From Pseudorhodobacter sp. (GTDB lineage Bacteria > Pseudomonadota > Alphaproteobacteria > Rhodobacterales > Rhodobacteraceae), in the NCBI GenBank assembly GCA_029254215.1, contig JAQWYA010000057.1:1128-65127 (forward strand): 64,000 nt of DNA, given 5' to 3'. Position numbers and translations under genes: made by a program. This document shows positions 9,619 to 18,147 of this stretch, piece by piece. Position 1 is the stretch's first letter. Every line of letters starts with the position of its first letter. Under the pieces are notes generated by a model. It was not told the DNA's origin and ran no database searches. It was given only the letters and a program-made list of their open reading frames with translations.

Positions 9619-10442
9619 TCCGAAACCATCGCGGCCGGGTGGCTTGCAGGGGGCGGAAGCTTGACCAAGCTCTGGAGGAGCGCGGTGTTCAGCGCGACAC
9701 GGGCAATTGCCTCCGGCCGCTCCGGCCCAAAGGCCCAGGTCATTCCCGCCGCCTCCAGCAAGCCTGCCATCGACACCGGGCAAGGAGCCGCAATGTTGAG
9801 CACTTGCGGCAGGGCGTCGCCCTTGGCGGCCAAAGTCACCAGACGGGCCAGAACCGCGCTAAGGGTGCCAGGGCCAATGTAAGACCTCACTGGCCCGCCG
9901 GTCTGTCCTGAAATGGGGTCAAGCTGAACCGGCACGCCAGTCGGGGCAGCGCCCAAAAGCGCATCAAACCCCGCCACATTTCCCAAACGCAGGATGGTCA
10001 GGCCCGGTGCCGCCTTCCCCTGTGCGCTGTGCCAAGAGCAGACAGCAGCCTCCATCGCGGATTTGGCCCGCCCGTATTCCGAAACCGGGCGAAGCGGGGC
10101 GTCTTCCGCAACCGGATCAGGGCCGGGGTCGCCATAGACCGCCGCCGAGGACATCACGAAAACATGCCGCCCCGCCGCCTCACAGGCGGCAAGGGCAAGC
10201 GCCGTTTGCGCCTCCTCGCTGCACCCGCGTCCGCCCGCCAGACACAGAACGATCCCGCCCTGCGCCAGCGACGGGCAAGCGGCATCCAGAACATCCCAAG
10301 TCAGATATCCGGGCCGTGGCTGGCGCGACTGCCAGATCGGGCGAAGACCGCCGCGCATCATCCAGGGCCAATTCTGGCGCAGGGCACCACCAATGCGCCC
10401 GGTGCCGCCCGTAATCAGCAAAGGAATCGCCTCGCGTGCCAT
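9597..10442 (-). CDS. NAD-dependent epimerase/dehydratase family protein
   Basis: Rossmann motif LLITGGTGRIGG and catalytic YGRAK. Start set at ATG 10442 (MAREAIPLLITGG). The longer track ORF runs into marR. Confidence 0.8.
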   Translation of the reverse strand: MAREAIPLLITGGTGRIGGALRQNWPWMMRGGLRPIWQSRQPRPGYLTWDVLDAACPSLAQGGIVLCLAGGRGCSEEAQTALALAACEAAGRHVFVMSSAAVYGDPGPDPVAEDAPLRPVSEYGRAKSAMEAAVCSWHSAQGKAAPGLTILRLGNVAGFDALLGAAPTGVPVQLDPISGQTGGPVRSYIGPGTLSAVLARLVTLAAKGDALPQVLNIAAPCPVSMAGLLEAAGMTWAFGPERPEAIARVALNTALLQSLVKLPPPASHPAAMVSEWQGSLR

Positions 10443-10447
10443 CGCTG

Positions 10448-10891
10448 CTATTCGTTCCCTTCCAGCCGGGTGCGCAACTCCCGCAGGATCGGCAACACCG
10501 ACCGCACGCGGTCTGCGCCCAGATCCTCCACAAATTCCTTGATCAACGGGGCGATCGCCTGCACCGCCGCATCCCGCGCCTGCCGACCCGAGGGGCTGAT
10601 CGACACGCATTTGCGCCGCGCATCATCCCAATCGGGACGAATATGCACATGCCCAGCCCATTCTAGCTTGGCCAAGGTGTTCGTCATGGCCCCCCGCGTC
10701 ACGTTGAACGACCGGGCAAGCTGCGCCGGGGTGCGTTCGTCGTTCAAACGGGCAAGATGGTTCAGCACCCCGAAATGCGACAGCTCCATCCCACGCGGAA
10801 GAACCTTGGAGATCCGGTTGCGGGCCAACTGATCGGCCATGAACAGCTCTCCGAACAAGGCGACGGCGATATCATCCTGCGACTCCGCCAT
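10448..10891 (-). CDS. MarR family transcriptional regulator
   Basis: 147 aa. Winged-helix region LSHFGVLNHLARLNDERTPAQLARSFNVTRGAMTNTLAKLE. Start overlaps the upstream stop by 1 nt (TGATG). Confidence 0.85.
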   Translation of the reverse strand: MAESQDDIAVALFGELFMADQLARNRISKVLPRGMELSHFGVLNHLARLNDERTPAQLARSFNVTRGAMTNTLAKLEWAGHVHIRPDWDDARRKCVSISPSGRQARDAAVQAIAPLIKEFVEDLGADRVRSVLPILRELRTRLEGNE

Positions 10892-11727
10892 CAGAGCCCC
10901 TCAAAGGCGCGGTCATGAGACAGCGACGGAACGCGCGCCCGCGCCTGCGTCACCTCGGCCAGATCCAGATCGGCGAAAACAACGCCCGGCGCGGTGCCTC
11001 CATCCGCGAGAACCTCCCCCCAAGGGGCGATCACAAGGCTGTGGCCATGGGTTTTGCGCCCCTTGCCGCCGCTTTTCCGCTCCGGGTGAAAGCCGGTCTG
11101 CGCCGGGGCCAGCACAAAACACCCGGTTTCGATGGCGCGCGCGCGCAGCAACACCTCCCAATGGGCGGCCCCGGTGATGTGATTGAAAGCGGCGGGAACG
11201 GCAAGAACCCGTGCCCCGGCCTGCGCCAAGGCGCGGTAAAGGGCCGCAAAGCGCACATCATAGCAAATCGTCATCCCCAGCGGGCCAGCGGGCATATCCG
11301 CCAGAACTGCCCTGTCGCCGGGACGATAACTGGCTGATTCGCGATAACGCTCGGTTTCAGAGACATCGACATCGAACATGTGGATCTTGTCGTAGCGGGC
11401 TGCGATCTCGCCCGAAGGGGCGATCAAAAAGCTACGATTGGCAAAGCGGCCATCGGCATCCTCTGTCAGCAAGGCCAAGGAGCCGATCAAAAGCCAGACG
11501 CCCAGCGCTTTCGCCTCGGCGCGCAAGGTGGCAAGCGTAGGGTCCGTCGCCTCGGGGTGTAGAACGGCGCGCTGATGGTCGCGGCTGGAGGAGAGGATAT
11601 TCGTGCATTCCGGCGTCAGGATAAATCCGGCCCCGCCCGCCGCCGCTGTTCGCACATGCCGCAGGGTTTCCGGCAGATTTTCTGCCGGATCATCGCCCAC
11701 CGTCAGTTGAACTAGGCCAACCCGCAT
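10891..11727 (-). CDS. carbon-nitrogen hydrolase (nitrilase superfamily) protein
   Basis: 278 aa. Catalytic context LTPE, DKIHMFD, MTICYDVRF (Glu-Lys-Cys triad pattern). Confidence 0.85.
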   Translation of the reverse strand: MRVGLVQLTVGDDPAENLPETLRHVRTAAAGGAGFILTPECTNILSSSRDHQRAVLHPEATDPTLATLRAEAKALGVWLLIGSLALLTEDADGRFANRSFLIAPSGEIAARYDKIHMFDVDVSETERYRESASYRPGDRAVLADMPAGPLGMTICYDVRFAALYRALAQAGARVLAVPAAFNHITGAAHWEVLLRARAIETGCFVLAPAQTGFHPERKSGGKGRKTHGHSLVIAPWGEVLADGGTAPGVVFADLDLAEVTQARARVPSLSHDRAFEGL

Positions 11728-11730
11728 GCC

Positions 11731-11991
11731 TCAGCCTGCCGCAAGCAGGGCGTCAAGCTTGCCTGCCTGATCAAGACCGTGAAGATCGTCGCAGCCGCCA
11801 ACATGCTGATCGGCAATAAAGATTTGCGGCACAGTGCGGCCCCCCTTGGCGCGTTTCACCATGATCTCACGCTGATCGGGGTTCCGGCTTACGTCAATCT
11901 CGGTGAAGGTAACGCCCTTCTGCGTCAGCAACCGCTTGGCGGCATGGCAATAGCCACAAAGCGGCGAGGTATAGATTTCGACGGCTTTCAT
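11731..11991 (-). CDS. grxC: glutaredoxin 3
   Basis: MKAVEIYTSPLCGYCHAAKRLL (CGYC active site) ... TVPQIFI...GGCDDL. Start set at ATG 11991. Confidence 0.9.
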   Translation of the reverse strand: MKAVEIYTSPLCGYCHAAKRLLTQKGVTFTEIDVSRNPDQREIMVKRAKGGRTVPQIFIADQHVGGCDDLHGLDQAGKLDALLAAG

Positions 11992-12088
11992 TTCCCAAAT
12001 CCTTTGAACGCGCGCGGCAAGGGCCGAAAGGGGCAGGCCACAGCCCATCCCGAAACCTGCGCGGCTTTATAGACGTAACTATAGGGAT

Positions 12089-12811
12089 TTAGGCATCCTT
12101 CGCAACGCGCGCCAGTACCAGAATAGAAACCCGTGATGCGCCAGAGGCAAGGCAAGCCTCTGCCCCGGCTGCCAATGTTGCGCCCGAGGTCATCACATCA
12201 TCGACCAGCAGAACATGGCGGCCCTGCATCAGGCCCTGCCTGCGCGGGTTGACACGAAGCGCCCCTGCCATCGCGGCGAAACGGGCATCTTTGCTGCGGC
12301 CTTCCTGACTTTGCGTGGATTTGGGGCGCAAAAGCAGGTCCGGGCAATGTTCAAGCCGCGTCAAACGGGCCAGCGCCCCTGACAGCAACGCCGCCTGATT
12401 ATAGCGCCGCGTGAAAAAGCGAAGCCAATGCAAAGGGATAGGGGCCAGCAGCATCCCCGGTTGAAGAATTGGCCGCGCCACCCGCAACATCCAATCGGCA
12501 CAGGGGCGCGCAAGGTCAATCCTGTCCCCATGCTTGAGGCGCAAAACCAGAACGCGCCCCTTGTCCTTGTAAAGCATCACCGCCCGTCCCCGCGCCCAAG
12601 GCCGGGGCAGCATCAGGCAATCGTCGCAATGCACCGGGCCCGAGGGCGCCTCCCCCGGCAGAGGCATCCCGCAGCAATCGCAAACCAGACCCGTGATAAA
12701 CGGCGTATCGCGCCAGCATGTTCCGCACAGCCCGAAATCGCTTGTCACCAGCTCATCACAGCTGAGACATTGCGGCGGGTAGATCATCTGCAACACGGCT
12801 TGCAATCCCAT
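12089..12811 (-). CDS. comF: ComF family protein (phosphoribosyltransferase-like)
   Basis: N-terminal Cys pairs (CLSC...CGTC...CDCC...CDDC) and C-terminal PRTase motif VLLVDDVMTSGATL. An alternative start exists at ATG 12787. Confidence 0.8.
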   Translation of the reverse strand: MGLQAVLQMIYPPQCLSCDELVTSDFGLCGTCWRDTPFITGLVCDCCGMPLPGEAPSGPVHCDDCLMLPRPWARGRAVMLYKDKGRVLVLRLKHGDRIDLARPCADWMLRVARPILQPGMLLAPIPLHWLRFFTRRYNQAALLSGALARLTRLEHCPDLLLRPKSTQSQEGRSKDARFAAMAGALRVNPRRQGLMQGRHVLLVDDVMTSGATLAAGAEACLASGASRVSILVLARVAKDA

Positions 12812-12822
12812 CCGACACTCCT

Positions 12823-13674
12823 ATGGTCCAGCCTATGCAGCCAACGCCCCTGACAGATACCGCCGCCCTGACCCGCCATCGCCGCCGCGCTTTGGCCATG
12901 GCAGAGCCTGCAACCTTCCTGCATGACGATTTCATCGCCGAGGTTCAGGAAAGACTGATTGAGGTTAACAGGGCGTTTAAATCCCCGGCGATCGTGACGG
13001 GATTTCCAGAATTCTGGCGCGATGTCTTCCCCGACGCGGTGATCGTGCCGGATGAGGAGGTGCTGGCGCTGAAAGGGGGCGCGCATGATCTGGTCATCCA
13101 TGCGATGGCGCTCCATTGGGCGAATGACCCGGTTGGTCAGTTGATCCAGTCTCGTCGCGCGCTGGTGCCGGATGGGTTGTTTCTGGCGGGAATGCTGGGC
13201 GGCCAGACCCTGAACGAATTGCGCACCTGTCTGGCCGAGGCAGAGGCCGCGCTGACAGGTGGGCTTTCGCCGCGCGTTCTGCCCATGGCCGAGATCCGCG
13301 ATCTGGGCGGGCTTTTGCAAAGGGCCGGCTTTTCGCTGCCCGTGGCCGATACGTTCACCCGCACCGTGCTGTACCGCGACATGGGCCATCTGATGCAGGA
13401 CCTCCGCGCGATGGGGGAAACCAGCGCTTTGACCGCCCGGCCCCGCAAACCAACAAGCCGCCGCCTGTTTGCCAAAGCCGCCGCAGTTTACGCCGAGACT
13501 TTCGGCGCTGAAAACGCCCGAATCCGCGCGAGCTTTGAGACGATCTTTCTGACCGGATGGGCGCCGCATGACAGCCAGCAAAAGCCGCTGAAGCCCGGAT
13601 CAGCGGTGCAACGGCTGTCAGAAGCGCTCAAAACACCCGAGATTCCGCTCTCTGCGACAAAGCGGATAGGTTGA
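12823..13674 (+). CDS. class I SAM-dependent methyltransferase (NDUFAF5/BioC-like)
   Basis: 283 aa. HDLVIHAMALHWANDPVG...LVPDGLFL pattern. The usual neighbour of comF/grxC in alphaproteobacteria. Confidence 0.7.
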   Translation: MVQPMQPTPLTDTAALTRHRRRALAMAEPATFLHDDFIAEVQERLIEVNRAFKSPAIVTGFPEFWRDVFPDAVIVPDEEVLALKGGAHDLVIHAMALHWANDPVGQLIQSRRALVPDGLFLAGMLGGQTLNELRTCLAEAEAALTGGLSPRVLPMAEIRDLGGLLQRAGFSLPVADTFTRTVLYRDMGHLMQDLRAMGETSALTARPRKPTSRRLFAKAAAVYAETFGAENARIRASFETIFLTGWAPHDSQQKPLKPGSAVQRLSEALKTPEIPLSATKRIG

Positions 13675-13713
13675 CCCCGCGCCATAAGCCTTTATGTCCG
13701 CAAGGGACACCAA

Positions 13714-14826
13714 ATGACACAGGACGCCAAAATGCTGGATGCCAAGCCACATCATTCCGATTCCGGGATCGTCATAAACCCCGGTGAGGGTCGGCTTGCC
13801 CACGCCCCTGACAGCCACCCGCCCGTGAAGGCCGCCAAGATCGGCGTGCTTCTGGCCAATCTGGGGACGCCTGACAATTACGACTATTGGTCGATGCGCC
13901 GCTATCTGAACGAATTTCTGTCGGATCGCAGGGTCATCGACTATGCCCCGTGGAAATGGCAGCCCTTGCTGCAGCTGATCATCCTGACCAAACGGCCCTT
14001 CACCTCGGGCGCAAATTACAAGCTGATCTGGAATCACGACAAGGGCGAAAGCCCGCTGATGACGATCACCAAGGATCAGACCGCCAAGATCCGCGCTGCA
14101 CTGGAAGCCAAGCACCGGGGCGAGGTGATGGTCGATTTCTGCATGCGTTATGGCAACCCCTCGACCGAATCACGGGTCCGGGCGATGGTGGAGGCAGGCT
14201 GCGAAAAGGTTTTGTTCTTCCCGCTTTATCCGCATTATGCGGGTGCCACCTCGGCCACGGCCAATGATGCTTTCTTCCGCGCGATGCAAAAGGAAAAGCG
14301 TCAGCCCGCGATCCGCACGGTGCCCGAGTATTTCGACAATCTGCTTTACATCGACGCGCTGGCCCAGTCGGTGACCAAGGCCTATGCCGCGCTGGACCAT
14401 AAACCGGATGTGCTTGTGGCCTCTTATCACGGGATGCCGAAGCGCTATCTGATGTCGGGCGACCCCTATCACTGCCACTGCGCGAAAACCTCGCGGCTTT
14501 TGCGGGAGCGGCTGGGTTGGGAGAAGTCTGCCATCGACACCACCTTCCAGTCGGTGTTCGGGCCGGAAGAATGGCTTAAGCCCTATACGGTCGAGCATGT
14601 GGCCGAACTGGCCAAACAGGGGAAGAAACGCATTGCGGTCATCGCTCCTGCGTTTTCAGCCGATTGCATCGAGACGCTGGAAGAGATCAACGGCGAGATT
14701 CGCGAAGCCTTTGAACATGCTGGCGGCGAAGAGTTCACCTATATCCCCTGCCTCAACGATGATGACGCGCATATCGCGGCGCTCACCTCGGTGATTGAGG
14801 ATAATCTCGCGGGTTGGATTCGCTAA
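13714..14826 (+). CDS. hemH: ferrochelatase
   Basis: 370 aa. IGVLLANLGTPD, LYPHYAGATS, SYHGMP, FQSVFGPEEWLKPYT and SADCIETLEEI are ferrochelatase signatures. Confidence 0.92.
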   Translation: MTQDAKMLDAKPHHSDSGIVINPGEGRLAHAPDSHPPVKAAKIGVLLANLGTPDNYDYWSMRRYLNEFLSDRRVIDYAPWKWQPLLQLIILTKRPFTSGANYKLIWNHDKGESPLMTITKDQTAKIRAALEAKHRGEVMVDFCMRYGNPSTESRVRAMVEAGCEKVLFFPLYPHYAGATSATANDAFFRAMQKEKRQPAIRTVPEYFDNLLYIDALAQSVTKAYAALDHKPDVLVASYHGMPKRYLMSGDPYHCHCAKTSRLLRERLGWEKSAIDTTFQSVFGPEEWLKPYTVEHVAELAKQGKKRIAVIAPAFSADCIETLEEINGEIREAFEHAGGEEFTYIPCLNDDDAHIAALTSVIEDNLAGWIR

Positions 14827-14890
14827 AACCGCAGCGCCGACTTTAGCGGTCGGCGGTGCCTTCCCCCAAAGGGGGGGCGCGCAAAAGAGA

Positions 14891-14918
14891 AGGGACGGCA
14901 GGTTTCCCTACCGTCCCT
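14891..14918 (-). terminator. rho-independent terminator after the 59-aa ORF
   Basis: AGGGACGG / CCGTCCCT 8-bp stem. On the minus strand it is followed by TCTCTTTTG. Confidence 0.6.
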
Positions 14919-14939
14919 TGCCAACAAAATCCGTTAGGA

Positions 14940-15119
14940 TCAGTTGGAAGCAGCAGCTGCGATAACGAGCAGGAGCAGCAGCGGAACAACGATGCCGCCA
15001 GCGGACGACGACGTTGCAGCCTCAACCACTTCCGGCTCCATTACCGGCTCAACCATGCCACCAGCGAATGCAGTGGAAGCAACAACCGTCAGAGCGGCTG
15101 CGAGTGCAAGTTTCTTCAT
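14940..15119 (-). CDS. small exported/membrane-anchored protein (59 aa), absent from ORF track
   Basis: GGAGG 6 nt upstream of ATG 15119. Translation: MKKLALAAALTVVASTAFAGGMVEPVMEPEVVEAATSSSAGGIVVPLLLLLVIAAAASN, i.e. signal peptide, acidic EP-rich linker, Ser-rich patch and C-terminal hydrophobic helix. It has its own terminator. Confidence 0.6.
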   Translation of the reverse strand: MKKLALAAALTVVASTAFAGGMVEPVMEPEVVEAATSSSAGGIVVPLLLLLVIAAAASN

Positions 15120-15338
15120 AGTAACCTCCAGTTATAGCACGGCACCGAATTTTTCAGAGGACGATGGCGCGCACCCAAGACTATACCTCATGAAGTTTTC
15201 TAAACATCTTGTCTGAAAGAATGCAATCTGGCCCGTGCAATTCCCAGCGTCATCCGTCGAATTTCGTCAATTTGGCAACACTTCGGGCGTGTTTTGGGCG
15301 AAGCTTCGCGCAAAGAACAGAGGCTTGAAAACAAAGAA

Positions 15339-15360
15339 GGGCCTTCCGGCTGAAAGGCCC
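15339..15360 (-). terminator. rho-independent terminator after L,D-transpeptidase gene
   Basis: GGGCCTT-N8-AAGGCCC. The minus strand continues TTCTTTGTTTTC. Confidence 0.65.
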
Positions 15361-15419
15361 CTCGGCGCTTGGGCTGAACCCGCCCGCTGCAAATAAATTT
15401 TCCGACGCAGGGAACCGTT

Positions 15420-16028
15420 TTAGATCAGCAAAACCTGCGTCCCGACGCGCGTCAGGGCAAAAAGCTGGGCGATATGTTCGTTGTAAAGACCAACGCAGCC
15501 GTTCGAAGACCGGCGCCCGATTTTGCGCGTGTCATGCGTGCCGTGGATTCGGTAATAGGTCCAGGACAGGTAAAGCGCATGGGTTCCCAAGGGGTTATCC
15601 GGACCTGCGGGCACGAAATCGGGCCATTCCGGGTTGCGCGCCTTCATCGAGGGGGTCGGCCGCCACGTCGGGCCAACAACCTTCTGGACAACCTGCGTCC
15701 GGCCACGGCGCGTCAGGTCTTCGGTCAAGGGAACAGAGGTCGGGTAAAGCTTGTAGATGGACTGATCCTCGGACCAGAAATGCAGCGCGCGCGAGGTGGT
15801 ATCCACCAGAATCGCCCCGCCGCGTGTGTTGCTGAAATAGGGTTGCCAATCCAGCATCCGAAAGCTGGAGATGTTGTTGCGAACAGCGCCCCGTGGCGGA
15901 TCAGGCTCGGTCGATCCCTCTTGAGCGAAGGCGGGCATTGCGGCCATGCCAAGACCAGCGGCCCCTGTCGCCAGCAAGCTGCGCCGTGTGATCAGGGCCG
16001 GGCTCTTTACCTTGCGGTCGGCAGTCAT
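15420..16028 (-). CDS. L,D-transpeptidase (YkuD domain) with Tat-type signal
   Basis: MTADRKVKSPALITRRSLLATGAAGLGMAAMPAFA leader. Catalytic motif YRIHGTHDTRKIGRRSSNGCVGL. Start at ATG 16028 with AAGGAG RBS. Confidence 0.85.
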   Translation of the reverse strand: MTADRKVKSPALITRRSLLATGAAGLGMAAMPAFAQEGSTEPDPPRGAVRNNISSFRMLDWQPYFSNTRGGAILVDTTSRALHFWSEDQSIYKLYPTSVPLTEDLTRRGRTQVVQKVVGPTWRPTPSMKARNPEWPDFVPAGPDNPLGTHALYLSWTYYRIHGTHDTRKIGRRSSNGCVGLYNEHIAQLFALTRVGTQVLLI

Positions 16029-16185
16029 GCGCCGTACTCCTTTTGCTCGATTTTGCGATAAAATAGCCGTTACAGCCCCCCGCCGCAATTCAAACAACCG
16101 TCATTGGGCGGAGTTTCGCAGAGATGCATTTGCTCAATCCCGCGCAGAGGGATAAAGACAGGTATCGCTTGTAGTGAATGGGATA

Positions 16186-16704
16186 ATGATGAAGACGTTT
16201 TCTGCCCTCGCCGTTTGTGCCTCCTTGGTTCTTGCTGCTTGCACCACAAGCGGCGCCCCGGTTCGGGTCGGCAGCGATGGCAAGCTTCTGCCGCAAGTCT
16301 ACCGGATTTCCGGCACGACAGAGGCCCGTATCCCCTTCCGCATGCTGGATTCCGTCAACGCCCTGCGCGCGGCAAAACGGCTTGCTCCGTTGCGCTACAA
16401 TGCGCAGCTGAACGCGGCGGCGGCGACCCATTCGCGCGATATGTCCCTGCAGAACCGGCCCTGGCACTTCGGGTCTGATGGATCGTCGCCGCTCGATCGG
16501 GTGCAGCGCGTGGGCTATACCGGCCGTCTGGTCGGAGAGCTGATCTCAGAAACCTTCGAGACAGAGCTGGAGACCCTCTCGGCCTGGATGTCAAAGCCTG
16601 ACACCCGCGATGTCATTCTGGAGCCCTCTGCCCGTGAAATCGGCTTTGCATGGCATCAGGAAGTATCCGGCAAGATCTGGTGGACGCTGGTGACAGGGGC
16701 CTGA
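16186..16704 (+). CDS. CAP/SCP (PR-1-like) domain lipoprotein
   Basis: Lipobox LVLAAC after MMKTFSALAVCAS. CAP-like LNAAAATHSRDM...GE(L)IS...W. Start could be GTG 16174 or ATG 16186/16189. Confidence 0.75.
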   Translation: MMKTFSALAVCASLVLAACTTSGAPVRVGSDGKLLPQVYRISGTTEARIPFRMLDSVNALRAAKRLAPLRYNAQLNAAAATHSRDMSLQNRPWHFGSDGSSPLDRVQRVGYTGRLVGELISETFETELETLSAWMSKPDTRDVILEPSAREIGFAWHQEVSGKIWWTLVTGA

Positions 16705-16743
16705 AGCGCCCCGCTTCGGCCACCTTCTGCGCAGACCCCCTTC

Positions 16744-17247
16744 TCAGGGCTTGATGAAGATGGGCGTGCCGACTTTCACCATGGAATAGATCACTTCCAT
16801 CTCTTCATCGGTGACAGCAATGCAGCCCAAGGTCCAATCGCCCATGTAGCGGTCTTTGAAACCCGTATGGCCGTGGATGAAGATATCCCCCCCCGGCTTT
16901 TTATCGGCGGCCTCTGCAAAGGCGCGGTCGGCGTCATTGGGGTAGGAAATGCCAAGCGACAGGTGGAACTGACTGTTCGGGTTCTGCCGGTCGATGAAAT
17001 AGGTGCCCTCCGGCGTCTTGCCGTCACCTTCGAACTGTTTGTGGCCCTCGGGCGCGAAACCAAGCGCGATTTCATAGGTCTTCAGCACGCGGGTCTTGTG
17101 GATCAACTGCATCTCACGCTCGGACTTCGAGACGATGATCGACGTGACCTCCGGCCCCTTATAGGTGCGAAACTTGCCCTTCTGGCCGCAGCCAGCCAGC
17201 CCTAAAGCCAGAACCAACGCCAAACAAATGTTGATCGCCCGTATCAT
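16744..17247 (-). CDS. L,D-transpeptidase family lipoprotein
   Basis: MIRAINICLALVLALGLAGC lipobox. YkuD catalytic motif IFIHGH...GDWTLGCIAV. Confidence 0.85.
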   Translation of the reverse strand: MIRAINICLALVLALGLAGCGQKGKFRTYKGPEVTSIIVSKSEREMQLIHKTRVLKTYEIALGFAPEGHKQFEGDGKTPEGTYFIDRQNPNSQFHLSLGISYPNDADRAFAEAADKKPGGDIFIHGHTGFKDRYMGDWTLGCIAVTDEEMEVIYSMVKVGTPIFIKP

Positions 17248-17322
17248 CCCGGCCTCCGTCTCGCTGCCCAAAGACCCGCCGGTTCAAGCCGGCGGGATAT
17301 TTTGGCGCGTTCCAATCACAGA

Positions 17323-18108
17323 TCAGGGATCTTTAGAAGCCCTTTCGGTCAGCCTAGCCTCAATCGCGGCCAAACGCGCGATAACATCTTCGCGAAACTC
17401 GTCGGTCCGCTCATTGCCTTCGGCGTTATGGGCATCTTGCATCGAGTTGACGATCAAACCGACCAGAAGGTTCACCACAGCAAAGGTGGTAACCATGATG
17501 AAGGGCACGAAGAAGGCCCAAGCGTAGGGGTACAGCTGCATGACCGGGCGCACGATGCCCATCGACCAGCTTTCCAACGTCATGATCTGGAACAGCGAAT
17601 AGGCCGAATGCCCGATCGTGCCGAACCATTCGGGGAAAGAGCCGCCGAACAGCTTGGTTGCCATCACCGCGCCGATATAGAAAATCAGCGTCATGAGGAT
17701 GAACACCGATCCCATCCCCGGAAGGGCGGTCACAAAACCCTCGACCACCCGGCGCAGCGACGGCGCGACCGAAATGACGCGCAGCACCCGCAAGATCCGC
17801 AGCGCCCGCAGCACCGACAAGGATTGCGCCCCCGGCATGATCGCAATACCGATCACGATCGCATCAAAAATATTCCAGCCAGATTTGAAGAACCGCTTAT
17901 CCAGCGCAAAAAGTTTAAGCAGAAGCTCGGCAATGAAGATAAACAGACACACCGTGTCCAGAAAACCGACGATCCCGCCGATATTAGACATCACAGTTTC
18001 CGAGGTATCGAGCCCCAACAAAACCGCGTTGAACAGGATAACGCCGGTCACAAAGCGTTGAAAGAAAACAGTTCCGATCCAGGCTTCTATCTTCTTCCGC
18101 AAGGGCAT
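17323..18108 (-). CDS. voltage-gated sodium channel, bacterial NaChBac/BacNav type (single 6-TM ion-transport domain)
   Basis: S4 with Arg every third residue (RALRILRVLRVISVAPSLRR). Pore/selectivity filter LFQIMTLESWSMGIV (TLESWS encoded at 17563-17580). C-terminal coiled coil (DVIARLAAIEARL). Start set at ATG 18108 with GGAGA RBS; the track start at 18123 is TTG. Confidence 0.85.
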   Translation of the reverse strand: MPLRKKIEAWIGTVFFQRFVTGVILFNAVLLGLDTSETVMSNIGGIVGFLDTVCLFIFIAELLLKLFALDKRFFKSGWNIFDAIVIGIAIMPGAQSLSVLRALRILRVLRVISVAPSLRRVVEGFVTALPGMGSVFILMTLIFYIGAVMATKLFGGSFPEWFGTIGHSAYSLFQIMTLESWSMGIVRPVMQLYPYAWAFFVPFIMVTTFAVVNLLVGLIVNSMQDAHNAEGNERTDEFREDVIARLAAIEARLTERASKDP

Positions 18109-18147
18109 TTTAAAATTCTCCAAAAATTACGCCGGCGGCACCATATT

